Origin: Chiloscyllium plagiosum
Lineage: Eukaryota
Length of the DNA stretch: 36,000 nt
Direction: 5' to 3'
Assembly: GCF_004010195.1 (NCBI RefSeq)
Contig: NW_025213785.1
Span: 1 to 36,000 of the forward strand
The notes below the pieces were generated by a model. The model made no database searches and had not been told where the DNA came from. It worked only from the letters and a program-made list of their open reading frames with translations. The translations under genes and the position numbers were made by a program. This document shows, piece after piece, positions 34,576 through 36,000 of this stretch (the stretch's first letter is position 1; every line of letters starts with the position of its first letter).

Positions 34576-35125
34576 TGAAAAGGGATGCCAGAAAAGTAGT
34601 AAGCAATTTTTCAGCTTGTTGAACTTGCTCCACCATTCCATTAGATCAAGAACAATTGTCTAATTTGATGCCACATCACTGTGCAGTCTCCAAGTAAGAT
34701 GCTAAATAAGAGTGCAGGCTATCGCCACAATTGATTCTGTATCTGTATGGCAGACTTGGGCAAAGTAAAAATACTGTATTTTGAGTTCTAACTTCAGATT
34801 CATATTTGAAAACTACCATTCGAACATCCATCCACTCTGAAGATGAAATAAGAGTTGGTTGCCTATGGATATGTAAGAACACAGATTTGCAGCTACTTAT
34901 AATAGAAACACAGATGTGTTCAAAGGTGAAGCAATTGTTGCAAATTAATGTTTGTACCACTGAGAAATGTGACTAGAATTCTTGAAGATCTTAACCCTTT
35001 AACTAATCTAGTGTGCATTAATTATCAAATTTCCAAGACCAACAAATGAAAAAGCATGATTACAAATTAACAAAACTAAACACCAGAGTATTATCCAACA
35101 TTTACAAAAGATGAAATAATTGCGT

Positions 35126-35452
35126 GGGTGGCGCAGTGGTTCAGTGGTTAGCACTAATGCCTCACAGTGCCTGGGACCAGGATTTGATTCCAGCCTCGGT
35201 CGACAATCTGTGTGGAGTATGTACGTTCTCCCCGTATCTGTGTGGGTTTCCTCCGGGTGCTCTGGTTTCCTCCTACAGTCCAAAGATGTGCAGGTTAGGT
35301 GAATTGGCCATGTTAAATTGCCCATAGTATTCAGGGATGTGTAGATTAGGTGCATTAGCCAGGGGAAATGTTGTGTAATGAGTCTGGTTGGGATACTCTT
35401 CGGAGGGTCAGTGTGGACTTGTTGGGCTGAAGGGCCTATTTCCACACTGTCA
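35126..35452 (+). mobile_element. HE1-type SINE
   Basis: GGTGGCGCAGTGGTTCAGTGGTTAGCAC head and a body matching the other copies. Confidence 0.92.
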
Positions 35453-36000
35453 TAATTATAATTTTGTATATGCACATTTTTTTTTATATTGTCAAACTGT
35501 TGGAAAATGTTTAAAATCTGGTACGGACCAGTAGGAATAACATTTGCAATGGATCAACTTTTTAAAATGCAGCCATAATTTTTTCATAAACCAGAATTTT
35601 TAAAGATAGTGATTCAGTGTTTGAATTATTACTTAGGCAGCAGAATGGACTCTACCTGGTAACACATTTGCATCTGTTCAACATCGAGAATATATTATGC
35701 AGCATAAAATTGATCCCTATTTCCATCATCAAAACCAGCCTGCGGGCCTTTCACTTTTGGAGGCTTGCAAAAATGTTTGAAACAAAATTTCATTCTCCTT
35801 TTAATCTTTCTGTGGGAAGTGCAAATGACCTTTAAGCAACACTTTCGTTTAGTGACAAGCTAAGAGCCAACTTTCCAGAGAATAGTTGGGACAGAAACCT
35901 CTCATGTTACGTTGTGAACCATTAGACCTTTCTATGAAGAACAGATTTATGTTTTGCTTCGCACATTTCCCCACTGAAGAAGACTAGCCCTATTTTCTAG

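Overview
Eukaryotic, repeat-dominated, apparently intronic/intergenic DNA, most likely from a cartilaginous fish (shark). This is inferred from HE1-type tRNA-SINEs, HER1/CR1-type LINEs and SacSINE1/Deu-like SINEs. No intact host protein-coding gene is recognisable; the recognisable long ORFs are transposon fragments or their antisense shadows. Content: at least three Penelope-like element (PLE) families (RT + GIY-YIG remnants, solo and palindromic pseudo-LTR insertions with clear target-site duplications), many CR1/L2-group LINE fragments, L1/Tx1-type 3' ends, several SINE families and multi-level nested insertions. Most notable: (1) about 14 PLE-type minimal hammerhead ribozyme motifs, three with intact cores; (2) a ~290-bp inverted duplication (27330-27620 / 28909-29206) covering a candidate splice acceptor and exon up to 2 nt before a strong-Kozak ATG; (3) a TSD-flanked poly(A) retroelement with three 73-nt-spaced 5S-rRNA-like units, stacked with other poly(A) tails at a recurring GGAGGTGT site; (4) an interstitial telomere-repeat patch inside a SINE. 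All alignments were done by eye, and boundaries of old repeats are approximate.
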